Of a DNA stretch of 64,000 nucleotides, positions 9,262 through 18,466 are shown in pieces. The stretch's first letter is position 1, and each line of letters starts with the position of its first letter. Below the pieces are notes generated by a model that saw only the letters and a program-made list of their open reading frames with translations, ran no database searches and was not told the origin of the DNA. The position numbers and the translations under genes are program-made. Source of the stretch: a bacterium (GTDB lineage: Bacteria; Zhuqueibacterota; Zhuqueibacteria; Residuimicrobiales; Krinioviventaceae); contig OY843751.1 of the NCBI GenBank assembly GCA_963693055.1, positions 4,736,001-4,800,000 of the forward strand, given 5' to 3'.

Positions 9262-11565
9262 CTATTGCAATTTAATCATTTTTCGAATCTGTTGCAAGTT
9301 TCCAATTTTCAAAACATAAAAATATTCTCCAGAACCTGCCTCCTGACCGGAATCATTAAAGCCATCCCATATCGTTTCATAATAACCCGCCTGAGCAGGT
9401 GTGTTTACCAACGTACGCAACTGACGCCCAAGAACATCATAAACGTCTAAACGAACATTTCCGGAAAGATTATCTGGTATCTGATATGCAATCCGTGTCA
9501 CCGGATTAAATGGATTGGGATAATTCTGAAATAATGCAAATTCCTGTGGAGCCTTGATAGCTACGTTAACAATTTCACTATACTCTACCGAACCATCTGT
9601 ATCTACCTGCCTTAAGCGATACATAACAGTACCGGTTACGTTAATTTTATCTGTAAAACTATAACGATTGCCGGAAGTAGTTGTACCAGCACCGTTAATA
9701 AAAACGATTTCTTGCCAGGAATTCTGTGTTTGCGATTTTCTCTCAACTGCAAAACCCAGGTTATTGGTTTCGGATTCAGTGATCCAAACCAGTTCAACAT
9801 GATCATTTGACTGTTTTGCGGTAAATAACGACAACTCTACCGGCGAAGTGTTTTGACCCGCAAGATTTGAAAAATCTGACCAGTTGTCATACTCGTCTGA
9901 TGAACGAATGTAAAAGTAATATCTTTTATTCATTGTCAGATTGTTAATGGTAATACTTTGCGTTTGCCCGGGTTCGGCAGGGCTTGGCATATTTTCAACA
10001 AACGCGGCACCATTCCACCAGGTTTCTAAACCAAAAATTGGCAATGCGGTACTGTATTTCATTTGATACTGATATGCGGGACCGCCTGCATTGCCATCGT
10101 CTCCCGGAGCTGTCCATGACAGGGTTACAAAGTCCTGGCCGCTGTTAGAAACCTGCAAATCTGCAATTTTCGCTGGTTTAATCGTATCTACCGGAAAATT
10201 CTGTTCAGATAAGGTAATGTTATCTGCTCCAATAGGGTGCTCATGAAAAGACTTGATCACAGCCGCACTGTCAGGAGATATATTGGCTCCCAGAAAATAA
10301 AGCCAAAGCTGAATATCAATTCGGGACTCTTGTGAAAAAGAACCGGTATATTTTACGCCGGTATCGCCCCATGAACCGTTCACACCTGTATCAAAGGCCT
10401 GATCTCCACTCAGGGGACTGTCATTTGTACCAGTCAGATCATCTTTATAATAAAGATATTGATTAACTGCAACATCCGGAAGCTCTGCAATACCCAACAA
10501 AGTTCCCGGCGCACCGGTTTGCATCCACCAGTTCCAACCCGGAATATTTAAATCACGCGGAATACCAATATCATCACTTTCTGTCGTTCGATTTACAAGC
10601 GAACCATTCGGTTTTGTAGAAATAGCGTTTTCCGCAAACATGTGCATACCATTGGCAGAGGGATCAAGATCATAAGACAACCTTAAAAAATCCACATCTG
10701 CATCTGCGGGTATCTTTAATTGTCGAAAAGATCCCATATCACAACTGGTTGGATAGTATTTTACAATATAATCAAAAACAGGCAAATCAATTGCACCCTG
10801 CAATTCCGGCACTTCAAGCTGTATTTTCCAATTCCTGACAACCCGAATTTGTCCTTCAATACCGCTTGCATTCTGTTTTGTTAAATTTTCCTCAGATAAC
10901 ACCAGGGTAACTGATCCCAGAAAACCCAAATCATAAGAGCCTCTAACCCTGATCTTGAAGCGATCAACAAAATCTTCACCATTACCGCCACCAGCATTGG
11001 TCAGCAGCAAGGTGGTCATAATGCCATTACTTGCATTGTGGGCTATCTCATAGAATTGGCTTTCTACCCGGTCAATACTTGAGTCATATTGAATATAATC
11101 TGTAGCTACAGGATGTGAGGCTTTATTATCAGTTCGGTACACATATACATATCCATCATCACCACTCAACGGATCATGCACCTGTACCTGATAACGAGGA
11201 TAATTTCTGGAACTTTCGTCAGATATCCATGAAGAGGAAGGAGCAACATCTCCACAATCATTGGCTAAAACCAATAGTTCATCATTAGCAGTCAACAGAT
11301 TATCCTGACCGCTAAACATATAATCGTTATCCGAATCCAAATCATCAATTTGAAACGAAATAGCCGTCCAATCTGATGAAATATCCGAATACGAATATAC
11401 AACCAAATTATCATGAGAGATGTTCAGAAATCCCTGAAACTCAGCCCCCTTGATAATAACAGGTTCATAAGCTCTGCTTGTCACAGCATACAAACTTGAA
11501 TAAATCAGCACAACAATAAGCAATGCACTGAAAAGGAAAAAAAATTTTTTTTCAGGAGATTTCAT
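9262..11565 (-). CDS. Secreted protein with unknown N-terminal region, FN3 domain and FlgD-Ig/T9SS-type CTD
   Basis: Signal peptide after MKSPEKK (RBS AAGGAG before 11565); LSWTAPGDDG FN3; PVELSLF...LVWITESETNNLGF; QNYPNPFNP. Confidence 0.8.
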   Translation of the reverse strand: MKSPEKKFFFLFSALLIVVLIYSSLYAVTSRAYEPVIIKGAEFQGFLNISHDNLVVYSYSDISSDWTAISFQIDDLDSDNDYMFSGQDNLLTANDELLVLANDCGDVAPSSSWISDESSRNYPRYQVQVHDPLSGDDGYVYVYRTDNKASHPVATDYIQYDSSIDRVESQFYEIAHNASNGIMTTLLLTNAGGGNGEDFVDRFKIRVRGSYDLGFLGSVTLVLSEENLTKQNASGIEGQIRVVRNWKIQLEVPELQGAIDLPVFDYIVKYYPTSCDMGSFRQLKIPADADVDFLRLSYDLDPSANGMHMFAENAISTKPNGSLVNRTTESDDIGIPRDLNIPGWNWWMQTGAPGTLLGIAELPDVAVNQYLYYKDDLTGTNDSPLSGDQAFDTGVNGSWGDTGVKYTGSFSQESRIDIQLWLYFLGANISPDSAAVIKSFHEHPIGADNITLSEQNFPVDTIKPAKIADLQVSNSGQDFVTLSWTAPGDDGNAGGPAYQYQMKYSTALPIFGLETWWNGAAFVENMPSPAEPGQTQSITINNLTMNKRYYFYIRSSDEYDNWSDFSNLAGQNTSPVELSLFTAKQSNDHVELVWITESETNNLGFAVERKSQTQNSWQEIVFINGAGTTTSGNRYSFTDKINVTGTVMYRLRQVDTDGSVEYSEIVNVAIKAPQEFALFQNYPNPFNPVTRIAYQIPDNLSGNVRLDVYDVLGRQLRTLVNTPAQAGYYETIWDGFNDSGQEAGSGEYFYVLKIGNLQQIRKMIKLQ

Positions 11566-11611
11566 ATATACTCCTTCCATTTTTTAAAAGCGGAAGGATC
11601 TAACAAACATA

Positions 11612-11953
11612 TTATTTATCAAAAGCGTTAGTAGCCTCTTCCACAGTATCAAATGTATCAAAAATAGTGATTAATTTTGTGATCATGAACAAACTTTTCA
11701 CTTTTTCTGTAACGCGAGACAATTTTAAATCACCATCTGCATTTCTCAGAGTGGTCATTGATCCCATCAACGCGCCCAAACCAGTACTATTCATCCATGT
11801 AACTTTTCCTAAATCAATAACAACTTTTTTAACTCCGTCAGCAACCAGTTCTTTAACTTTAGTATGAATTGCTGCTGTTTCCGGGCCGCCCATTAATTTC
11901 CCTTTTAACTCGATAATTGCAATATCACCTTGCATTTGCTCTTTAATAGGCAT
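11612..11953 (-). CDS. STAS-domain anti-sigma factor antagonist (RsbV/SpoIIAA family)
   Basis: VVIDLGKVTWMNSTGLGAL motif with the phosphoacceptor Ser; GGAGG RBS before ATG 11953. Confidence 0.9.
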   Translation of the reverse strand: MPIKEQMQGDIAIIELKGKLMGGPETAAIHTKVKELVADGVKKVVIDLGKVTWMNSTGLGALMGSMTTLRNADGDLKLSRVTEKVKSLFMITKLITIFDTFDTVEEATNAFDK

Positions 11954-11999
11954 TTTGTATTCCTCCAAATTATAATTTCAGATATCAATTTTGCTTAAG

Positions 12000-12030
12000 C
12001 AAAGGTAAAACATTTTTTGCTATAAATCAA
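12000..12030 (-). promoter_or_regulatory. Putative housekeeping promoter for the STAS gene
   Basis: TTGATT-N17-TACCTT(TG) on the minus strand. Confidence 0.45.
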
Positions 12031-12034
12031 CTTT

Positions 12035-12763
12035 TTATTCACCGTTAAAACTGGGTTCAAGGTATTGTTTGGCCTTGTTATTTTCTGGATTCAACTCTAT
12101 AGCACGGTTAAAAATTTTAAAAGCTCTTTCGGGCCAACCACTTTCAAGGCACAAAACACCTACTTCATTAATACGTTCATCCATATTTTCTTTACCCAGT
12201 ATCTCTTCCAAGAGTTGTTTCAAGGATTTGTCAAATGCATTTGTAACATATCTTTCATTTTCAAAAAGATAGAGCAATACTGCAAGGTTTTTATCAGAGT
12301 CTTTTAATACACACTTTGCTTTTTCAATACCAACTTTAAATAATCCCTCCATATTATTAACATAATAATCCAACAATTCTTTGATCTGTTTATAATCATC
12401 ACTGTCGGTTTTATAATATTCCAGCACATATTTCAATTCCCGAGCAACAGTAGCCTTGTGAAACAACAGTCCCACATTATTCATAAAATCAATTTCATCT
12501 TCATTGGGTGTATATTTAAACGACTTTTCAACTGCCTCCTGATATGGATCGCCAATACGTTCAAACAAGAGATGTAAATCTTCTTTTGCTGTAAAAAGTA
12601 ATTCCGAAAACTTTTTCATTTTTTCAAATGAAACTTCACCTCCTGCAGAGTAATCCTGAAACAGTTTTGAAAACAAATTTTTTGCATACAAAAAATCAGC
12701 AATTACTTTACGTAACAACCAGGATTTATTTGCAGCAATAAAAGGACTTACTTTTTCTGACAT
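12035..12763 (-). CDS. Hypothetical helical protein with a C-terminal TPR
   Basis: C-terminal GWPERAFKIFNRAIELNPENNKAKQYL is TPR-like; start MSEKV preferred. Confidence 0.65.
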   Translation of the reverse strand: MSEKVSPFIAANKSWLLRKVIADFLYAKNLFSKLFQDYSAGGEVSFEKMKKFSELLFTAKEDLHLLFERIGDPYQEAVEKSFKYTPNEDEIDFMNNVGLLFHKATVARELKYVLEYYKTDSDDYKQIKELLDYYVNNMEGLFKVGIEKAKCVLKDSDKNLAVLLYLFENERYVTNAFDKSLKQLLEEILGKENMDERINEVGVLCLESGWPERAFKIFNRAIELNPENNKAKQYLEPSFNGE

Positions 12764-12819
12764 TTTAACACCTGCCACTCATAGATTAGATAAACAAAAT
12801 TTAAATTAAAAAATTTCAG

Positions 12820-14193
12820 CTAAATATGAATAATATCATTTTCGCCTTTAATAAAACTTGCTATATGGTCCAGCATCAATCTCTCAAGGTCTTGCTTCCG
12901 GACATTTTCCACATCCAGAATATTGACCATTTTACTAGTATACAACCAACTTGCAACAATGTCAATCCTTTTGTTTGTTTTTTTTACAGTTGGAGAGTAA
13001 AAAAAATCTAAAACCCGGTTTCCGATTTCACCCAAATTCTTACATTGCTTGCTTAAATCCAATTCTAAAATGCCATGATTGGGTCTTATGCAATAAAGTT
13101 TGATCAAACTGGCGTCAAAATGTTCTAAAAATAAAATGCATGGTTTCAAGCGGGTTGCAGGAACGCTTCTTTCATGTACATCAATTTGTTTGTTGATACC
13201 CGGATCATAATTCTGTATAGCGTCATACTCCATCAATAACGCTTCAAGCTCAGATCCGGCAAGATGAATTTCCAAATTTCTTATATTTTCCCGAATATTC
13301 AAAATTTTTGGTTCCAGGTTCTCGGCTTCCCGAAAATAAGAGTTTACCCTTTCATACAAATTTCTGGACTTTCCAACATAAATAACCTTATCATTCACAT
13401 CACGCATCAAATAAATACCCGGCAACTCTGGTAAATCATTCAAAAAATCCCGATCAAATTGATATTCAGAAAAATCAATTGCTTCAGCAGTCGATTCACA
13501 ATAAGCAACAATTTGATCAGCATCATTTAAACCTAGCTTTTGGCACATTTCAAATGCGATTGAAAATTGTTCTTGAAATAATTCAAACTGCTGTTCAGGC
13601 GCAGCATGTTCCAGATGTGTAATCCCCAAAGCACTCGAGATCTGGCTGCTTTCAGCAAATTTTATGTTTGGCTGTAATCGCTGCAAAAGACGTTTCAGAG
13701 AAATAATTTGACCGCTAAATTCTTTTCCCAAAATCTGCCAAAACATTCGCCTGAACAAAGATATCTGATTACCAAAGCCATCAAAAACAACAACCTGAGT
13801 GCTCGTTTTGGCCAAAATCTCTTTACAAATACGATTCAATTCTTTTAAGGAATAATCTTTGGCCTGTCTTTTAGCAAAGAAAACCAATTTTTTACCCACG
13901 GGAAAAGGACTGACATTAAGACAAATCCACTCAAAAAATGACATTGATCGTTCAGGAAAAGCTTTAACCAATACAAAATCATTTTCAGGATAGGAAACTT
14001 TAATTGAATTAACTAAAATCCAGGTATGATCTTTAGATTTGATTATACGTTTAGAATCGGACACTGTAGATTGTACAAGCGTATCACAGATGCCGGAATT
14101 TGCTTCCGGCATCTTGAATACATGCTTGACAATTTCAGTCGAAGTTGCTTTTCCCCCATTTTGCTCAAGAAAATCAATAATGTGTTCTATCAT
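12820..14193 (-). CDS. GIY-YIG nuclease (UvrC/Cho-like) fused to a degenerate DnaQ-like N-terminal region
   Basis: PGIYLM...VIYVGKSRNLYERVNSYF...ELEALLME...PGIN; the N-terminal region lacks recognisable DEDD acidic residues. Confidence 0.75.
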   Translation of the reverse strand: MIEHIIDFLEQNGGKATSTEIVKHVFKMPEANSGICDTLVQSTVSDSKRIIKSKDHTWILVNSIKVSYPENDFVLVKAFPERSMSFFEWICLNVSPFPVGKKLVFFAKRQAKDYSLKELNRICKEILAKTSTQVVVFDGFGNQISLFRRMFWQILGKEFSGQIISLKRLLQRLQPNIKFAESSQISSALGITHLEHAAPEQQFELFQEQFSIAFEMCQKLGLNDADQIVAYCESTAEAIDFSEYQFDRDFLNDLPELPGIYLMRDVNDKVIYVGKSRNLYERVNSYFREAENLEPKILNIRENIRNLEIHLAGSELEALLMEYDAIQNYDPGINKQIDVHERSVPATRLKPCILFLEHFDASLIKLYCIRPNHGILELDLSKQCKNLGEIGNRVLDFFYSPTVKKTNKRIDIVASWLYTSKMVNILDVENVRKQDLERLMLDHIASFIKGENDIIHI

Positions 14194-14209
14194 TAATCGC
14201 CTGGTTCAT

Positions 14210-14674
14210 TTAAACCATTCTGGCTTTACCAAACAGAGCTACTCCCAAAATCCCGCCAACAAGACCGAAAATACTATTAATTATCAGATTAATAAATAAT
14301 CCTATAATAAACGTACCTCCTGTCAAAGTTCGGGCGGGAATTTCGTCAAAAATAGATTGAATATCCGGATCACTGATGTATTGGGAAACAAAGTCCAAAA
14401 AATTAACAGACAATGAACCGGTAATACTGGTCAATACAATGGCAATAACCGCTCCTATAACACCTGCCAGAAATCCCAGCAGCGCACCGTCAGACATGTT
14501 TACAGTATCCTCGGGAGCTTGCTGTCTACGGTAAAGGTAAATTGTAAACATACCGCCACCAATTACTCCCGCACAACAAGCACAGTTGATAAAATTCAGT
14601 ATAGGAACACCACTGACAACACCAATAACAACTCCACCTAAAATTGCCGAGTTCCATTTACTATTATTGTCCAT
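14210..14674 (-). CDS. Small Gly-rich multi-pass membrane protein with a NCACC motif
   Basis: About four hydrophobic segments; GGAGGG RBS before ATG 14674. Confidence 0.7.
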   Translation of the reverse strand: MDNNSKWNSAILGGVVIGVVSGVPILNFINCACCAGVIGGGMFTIYLYRRQQAPEDTVNMSDGALLGFLAGVIGAVIAIVLTSITGSLSVNFLDFVSQYISDPDIQSIFDEIPARTLTGGTFIIGLFINLIINSIFGLVGGILGVALFGKARMV

Positions 14675-14698
14675 AATTCCCCTCCACAATTTCTTGTC

Positions 14699-15811
14699 TT
14701 AGAAAAAAACACCTAAATCTTTTAATTCTGCATCATCCATTGCATCCAAAGTAAACTGGGGCAATGCGGTCTCCATATCAACCGGTTTTATCTCCATACC
14801 TTTAATGCCAACCATTAATCCGGATTTATTTTGGTGCACCAGCTCGACAGCTTTTCTACCAAAACGCTGACCCAGGTTAATATCAAACGCATTTGGTGCA
14901 AGACCACGCAAACTAAAGCCAATATTAGATTGGCGTACACGGCTCAAACCTACACCCAATCCCTGAACAAGAATTCTTTGTATAATAACACCCGTACCGC
15001 CAAGTTTCAGGTTACCATGCGGATCAATTTCAGGATCTTCTGACAACATGGATTTTAATACGCCGTCTTTAGCATCATCAGCAACTGCTTTTTTAAATAA
15101 TGGATCATTTTGATCAAAATTCACACCCTCAGACACAACAATATTGGCATATCCTTTTGCATCATTTATCGATTTAACCTTTTCCACAAGTGCCTGTAAT
15201 TCAAAATTCTTTTCAGGTACAAGAATAATATCAGCACCACTTGCAACACCAGTGAAAAACGCAAGCCAACCAGCTTTACGACCCATAACTTCATTCACAG
15301 AAATTCTTGCATGCGTATCAGCAGAGACTGAAGTGCTTCTAAACGCCTTTGTCGCAAAATCAATAGCAGTGTGCGCACCCAACATCCAATCGGTTTCACT
15401 AATATCATTATCAATACTTTTCGGAATAGCAATTGTAGGAAAATTAATTTTATGCATGCCCCAGGCAGTGTTTACGGTATCGTTACCGCCGGTAGCAATA
15501 ATAGCATCAACACCCAACTTTTTCAGGTTTGCCAACAACTTTTCAGGTGCCCAGGAATTATTTTTTTCAGTAAAAGGGGCAAAACGGGAAGAGCCCAAAA
15601 TGGTACTGGGGGCATCAAAAATGGATAACGCATCGTTGCTGTCCAACGGTACTATATAATCTTCAACATTATCAGCAGCCAAACCTTCAAAAGCTTTTTT
15701 AACACCAATAAAAGTATCACCATATTTAGATGCGCCATGCAATATAGAACGAGCAATTGCCGAATTTATACCTGCGCAATCACCGCCACCGGTCACAAAT
15801 GCAATTTTCAC
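14699..15811 (-). CDS. pfp: Phosphofructokinase (PfkA family) with PPi-dependent signature
   Basis: TGGGDCAG, GGNDT, PKSIDND and EVMGRKAG motifs; GTG start with AAGGAG RBS. Confidence 0.88.
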   Translation of the reverse strand: MKIAFVTGGGDCAGINSAIARSILHGASKYGDTFIGVKKAFEGLAADNVEDYIVPLDSNDALSIFDAPSTILGSSRFAPFTEKNNSWAPEKLLANLKKLGVDAIIATGGNDTVNTAWGMHKINFPTIAIPKSIDNDISETDWMLGAHTAIDFATKAFRSTSVSADTHARISVNEVMGRKAGWLAFFTGVASGADIILVPEKNFELQALVEKVKSINDAKGYANIVVSEGVNFDQNDPLFKKAVADDAKDGVLKSMLSEDPEIDPHGNLKLGGTGVIIQRILVQGLGVGLSRVRQSNIGFSLRGLAPNAFDINLGQRFGRKAVELVHQNKSGLMVGIKGMEIKPVDMETALPQFTLDAMDDAELKDLGVFF

Positions 15812-15872
15812 AACATCTCCTTTATATTAATTTTAATAAAATTTGAATTTAGATAATATATTGAATTTAAAT

Positions 15873-15906
15873 AAAAAAAGACAGACAAAAAATCTTGCCT
15901 GTCTTT
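15873..15906 (-). terminator. Intrinsic terminator
   Basis: Minus strand AAAGACAGGCAA-gatttt-TTGTCTGTCTTT running into a 7-T tract. The G.U pair works only on the minus strand. Confidence 0.75.
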
Positions 15907-16110
15907 CTTTTAGATAGTACATTCGCCCTACCGATGTAATATCTTTTGTGTAGAACTTTTTCCTGTCTTCGTGGTTAGGCAGCCCCCTGCTTTATCTCCA
16001 CGATATGGAAGGAACAAGTTCCCCCATTACAAAGTGTGCTCCTCGAACACACCCCCTCATCTTATATGCGACCCCTCAAACTGTATGTTCACTCTGAATA
16101 ACGGCATATA
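15873..16110 (-). ncRNA. Candidate ~240-nt structured small RNA or leader of unknown family
   Basis: GC-richer than its flanks and bounded by the promoter-like motif at 16109-16149 and the terminator. Hairpins GTGTGTTC/GAGCACAC, and TCGTGG/CCACGA enclosing GCAG/CTGC. Confidence 0.45.
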
Positions 16111-16149
16111 TTAATATAGTGTCTATAATTATGCAAAATCTTACACTTT
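16109..16149 (-). promoter_or_regulatory. Putative ECF sigma promoter, copy 1
   Basis: Minus strand AAAGTGTAAGATTTT-gcataattata-GACACTATATTAATA; both 15-bp blocks are identical to 16866-16906. Confidence 0.65.
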
Positions 16150-16268
16150 ATTTTAAAAATATCACTTTTTTTTATATTTATTTCTTGTATATTAACTTTA
16201 TATATGCTTTTTCTGTCTTTTTGAGGAGATTCTTCAAATTGGATCACAAACGACAAGGTACAAATGAT

Positions 16269-16874
16269 ATGACTCTGGGTGACCTCCTCGACAACTGCAC
16301 CAATCCCAACTCCCCTGTTTGGGAAAAAAGCTGGCAGGAATTCCTCAACCGTTACCAAAATTTTATCTACAAACTTGTTCTGAACCGCTGCAAAAGCTGG
16401 AATTTGCAGCGTATTAAATACCAGTTGCAAGATGAAGTAGACGATATTGTATTTATTGTTATAAAACACCTCATTAAAGACGACTATCGTTTTTTAAAAC
16501 AATTCCAAAACCGTGACAACCCACAGCTTTTTCTGTTATATCTGTCTACCCTTATTAACAGAATTACAAGAAGACATCTGGCAATTCATTTTAACAAAAT
16601 CCTGGATACCCTTGAAGAAGATCAGGCAAAAGACACCTTGAAGGAATTATCACCCGAGGCGGGTTGGGAAATTTATGAAGAACTGGTACAAAGCCTTCGC
16701 AATAGCATGATTAACAAACATCCCAATAACGAACGCAACATACACCTCTTTCTAATGTATACTTGGACAGATATGTCGATTGATATGCTTACCCACAATG
16801 ATTTTTACAAACCAATGGGGCAAAATGCCATATATACATTAATAAATCGCATGAGAAACAAAATAAAAGTGTAA
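16269..16874 (+). CDS. ECF-type sigma-70 family factor (201 aa)
   Basis: Region-2-like WQEFLNRYQNFIYKLV...EVDDIV...DDYRFLKQF...FLLYLSTLINR; region-4-like ERNIHLFLMY...NAIYTLINRMRNKIK. ATG 16269 preferred over GTG 16119. Confidence 0.72.
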   Translation: MTLGDLLDNCTNPNSPVWEKSWQEFLNRYQNFIYKLVLNRCKSWNLQRIKYQLQDEVDDIVFIVIKHLIKDDYRFLKQFQNRDNPQLFLLYLSTLINRITRRHLAIHFNKILDTLEEDQAKDTLKELSPEAGWEIYEELVQSLRNSMINKHPNNERNIHLFLMYTWTDMSIDMLTHNDFYKPMGQNAIYTLINRMRNKIKV

Positions 16875-16906
16875 GATTTTAGTTTTAAAACGACACTATA
16901 TTAATA
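16866..16906 (+). promoter_or_regulatory. Putative ECF sigma promoter, copy 2 (overlaps the sigma stop codon)
   Basis: AAAGTGTAAGATTTT-agttttaaaac-GACACTATATTAATA, ending 28 nt before ATG 16935. Confidence 0.65.
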
Positions 16907-16934
16907 ACTGATAACCGTAAAAGCAAGGTAGTTC

Positions 16935-17345
16935 ATGAGCAGTAGTATAATAGTTCATAAACTTTCGATAGGCAAAGTTTTATCTATAATTCAAGATGCC
17001 CAGATTAAAGAAAAAAGTTTTTTAGAGAATTATCCGGAATCTATAAATTATTACAATAGTTTAAAGGCCCGTTTCAACAAATTTGAAAATGACCCCAATC
17101 TCACAAATTCGATATTCAACAGTATCCCGAAGCAGTGTTGTCAGGCCAACAAATCCTTTTTGAAAGATAATGATGATTTTTTTATCGCATATACTGTTCT
17201 ATCAAAAAAGGAAGACATTCACATTAACAATGCTAAACAGTTTATTCATCATTTAAATAACTGCTATTGGTGTTTCATAGAATATAACCAGTTTATAAAT
17301 GATGAATATTTTACCAACAAAGGACTTGAGACGGGGGTAATTTAA
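16935..17345 (+). CDS. Soluble protein with a zinc anti-sigma-like HxxxCxxC motif
   Basis: HLNNCYWC plus upstream QCC; no TM segment; directly follows the sigma gene. Confidence 0.65.
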   Translation: MSSSIIVHKLSIGKVLSIIQDAQIKEKSFLENYPESINYYNSLKARFNKFENDPNLTNSIFNSIPKQCCQANKSFLKDNDDFFIAYTVLSKKEDIHINNAKQFIHHLNNCYWCFIEYNQFINDEYFTNKGLETGVI

Positions 17346-17346
17346 T

Positions 17347-18456
17347 ATGCGTAAATTTAAAATAACATTTGAACAAATTCTGGAATATATAAAAAATCCA
17401 GATACTCAAACAATAACCATTAGTGAGCTCAAAGAAAGCAACCCTGCTTGTTTTTCTCTTTTCACTATGATAGATAACAGTCTGAAACATGCGAACCTGC
17501 AAAATATTGACACAGAAAACACCAATACGGGATATCAGGAACTCGAAATGATAATTCTTGAACAATTGAGTGGCAATATTACCAAGCACAACTCTGAAAG
17601 ATTTTTATCTCTCATTACCAGTCATCCTGATTATTTTAGAAGAATTCTGGATACCTTTGACACGGAATCCATTCAGGCAGCTTCATTGGAAAATATTGAA
17701 ATTGCAGATAATAACACTTTGTTTGAAATAATTAAAGGCCATGAAAGCAAAAAAGAAGCTGGTAAATCATTCAGCCTTTTACATTTTAAATCAAGTTTAA
17801 AAAGCTTTTTCCAAAACCTTTTTATGCAAAAAAAGCCTCATTATGCTTTAATCTCCATAGTTGTTTTGATCTTTTCCATTATTACATCCAAAACTTTTTT
17901 TCAGGAAACTGCTCACAATCCTGTTTATACAAAATATTTCCAATCAGCCAATTTACCTTGTGAATATTACGAAACCTCTACCAGGGGCAATAGTGTATCG
18001 TTAGATACAGACACTCAATATAACAAGACACTCAATCAGTATAAATTTGCAATGGCAGATTATATCCAAAAAAATTATCAAGATGCAAAAAAATCACTCA
18101 ACTCAATCATAACTGATATTGAATCCGGTTCTACGCAATCTTTGCACACTACTACAAATGGTAAACAACTGTTAAGAGATATTTATTTTTATACAGGTAT
18201 TTGCGATCTGGCACTTGCCGGAAAATCGCTTGACACCTCTTTAATTGAATCTGCTTCTGACAGATTCAATTCTGCAAAAAAACTGGTTCTTGAATCCAAC
18301 ATGAAAGGAGGTGACAGAGAATTCTTTTTCATGGGTTTAACTTTTAACCTGCTGGGGAACGATTCGCGCTCGCTTGAATATTTGGGGAACATTCAGGAAA
18401 ACAGTATCTATTACAGAGACAGTCAAGTTATTGTATCACAGCTAACGAACCCATAG
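17347..18456 (+). CDS. Single-pass membrane anti-sigma-like protein with extracytoplasmic TPR-like helices
   Basis: ~165-aa N-domain, TM YALISIVVLIFSIITS after KK, then AMADYIQKNYQDAKKSL and FFMGLTFNLLG TPR-like segments; starts 1 nt after the previous stop. Confidence 0.65.
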   Translation: MRKFKITFEQILEYIKNPDTQTITISELKESNPACFSLFTMIDNSLKHANLQNIDTENTNTGYQELEMIILEQLSGNITKHNSERFLSLITSHPDYFRRILDTFDTESIQAASLENIEIADNNTLFEIIKGHESKKEAGKSFSLLHFKSSLKSFFQNLFMQKKPHYALISIVVLIFSIITSKTFFQETAHNPVYTKYFQSANLPCEYYETSTRGNSVSLDTDTQYNKTLNQYKFAMADYIQKNYQDAKKSLNSIITDIESGSTQSLHTTTNGKQLLRDIYFYTGICDLALAGKSLDTSLIESASDRFNSAKKLVLESNMKGGDREFFFMGLTFNLLGNDSRSLEYLGNIQENSIYYRDSQVIVSQLTNP

Positions 18457-18466
18457 GAGACAACGA

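Noticed and set aside
11612-11953. STAS protein as a component of the ECF-CHAT module
   Set aside because: It is 4 kb away on the other strand with unrelated genes between and its own promoter-like site; no linking evidence.
16089-16469. 126-aa minus ORF and the 16119-16268 N-terminal extension of the sigma
   Set aside because: The first is antisense to the sigma. The extension is low-complexity AT-rich sequence overlapping the promoter motif.
16109-16906. 41-bp inverted repeats as an invertible switch or transposon ends
   Set aside because: No recombinase or transposase in the window, no obvious target duplication, the central 11 bp differ, and one copy overlaps the sigma stop codon. A promoter reading fits better, though inversion is not formally excluded.
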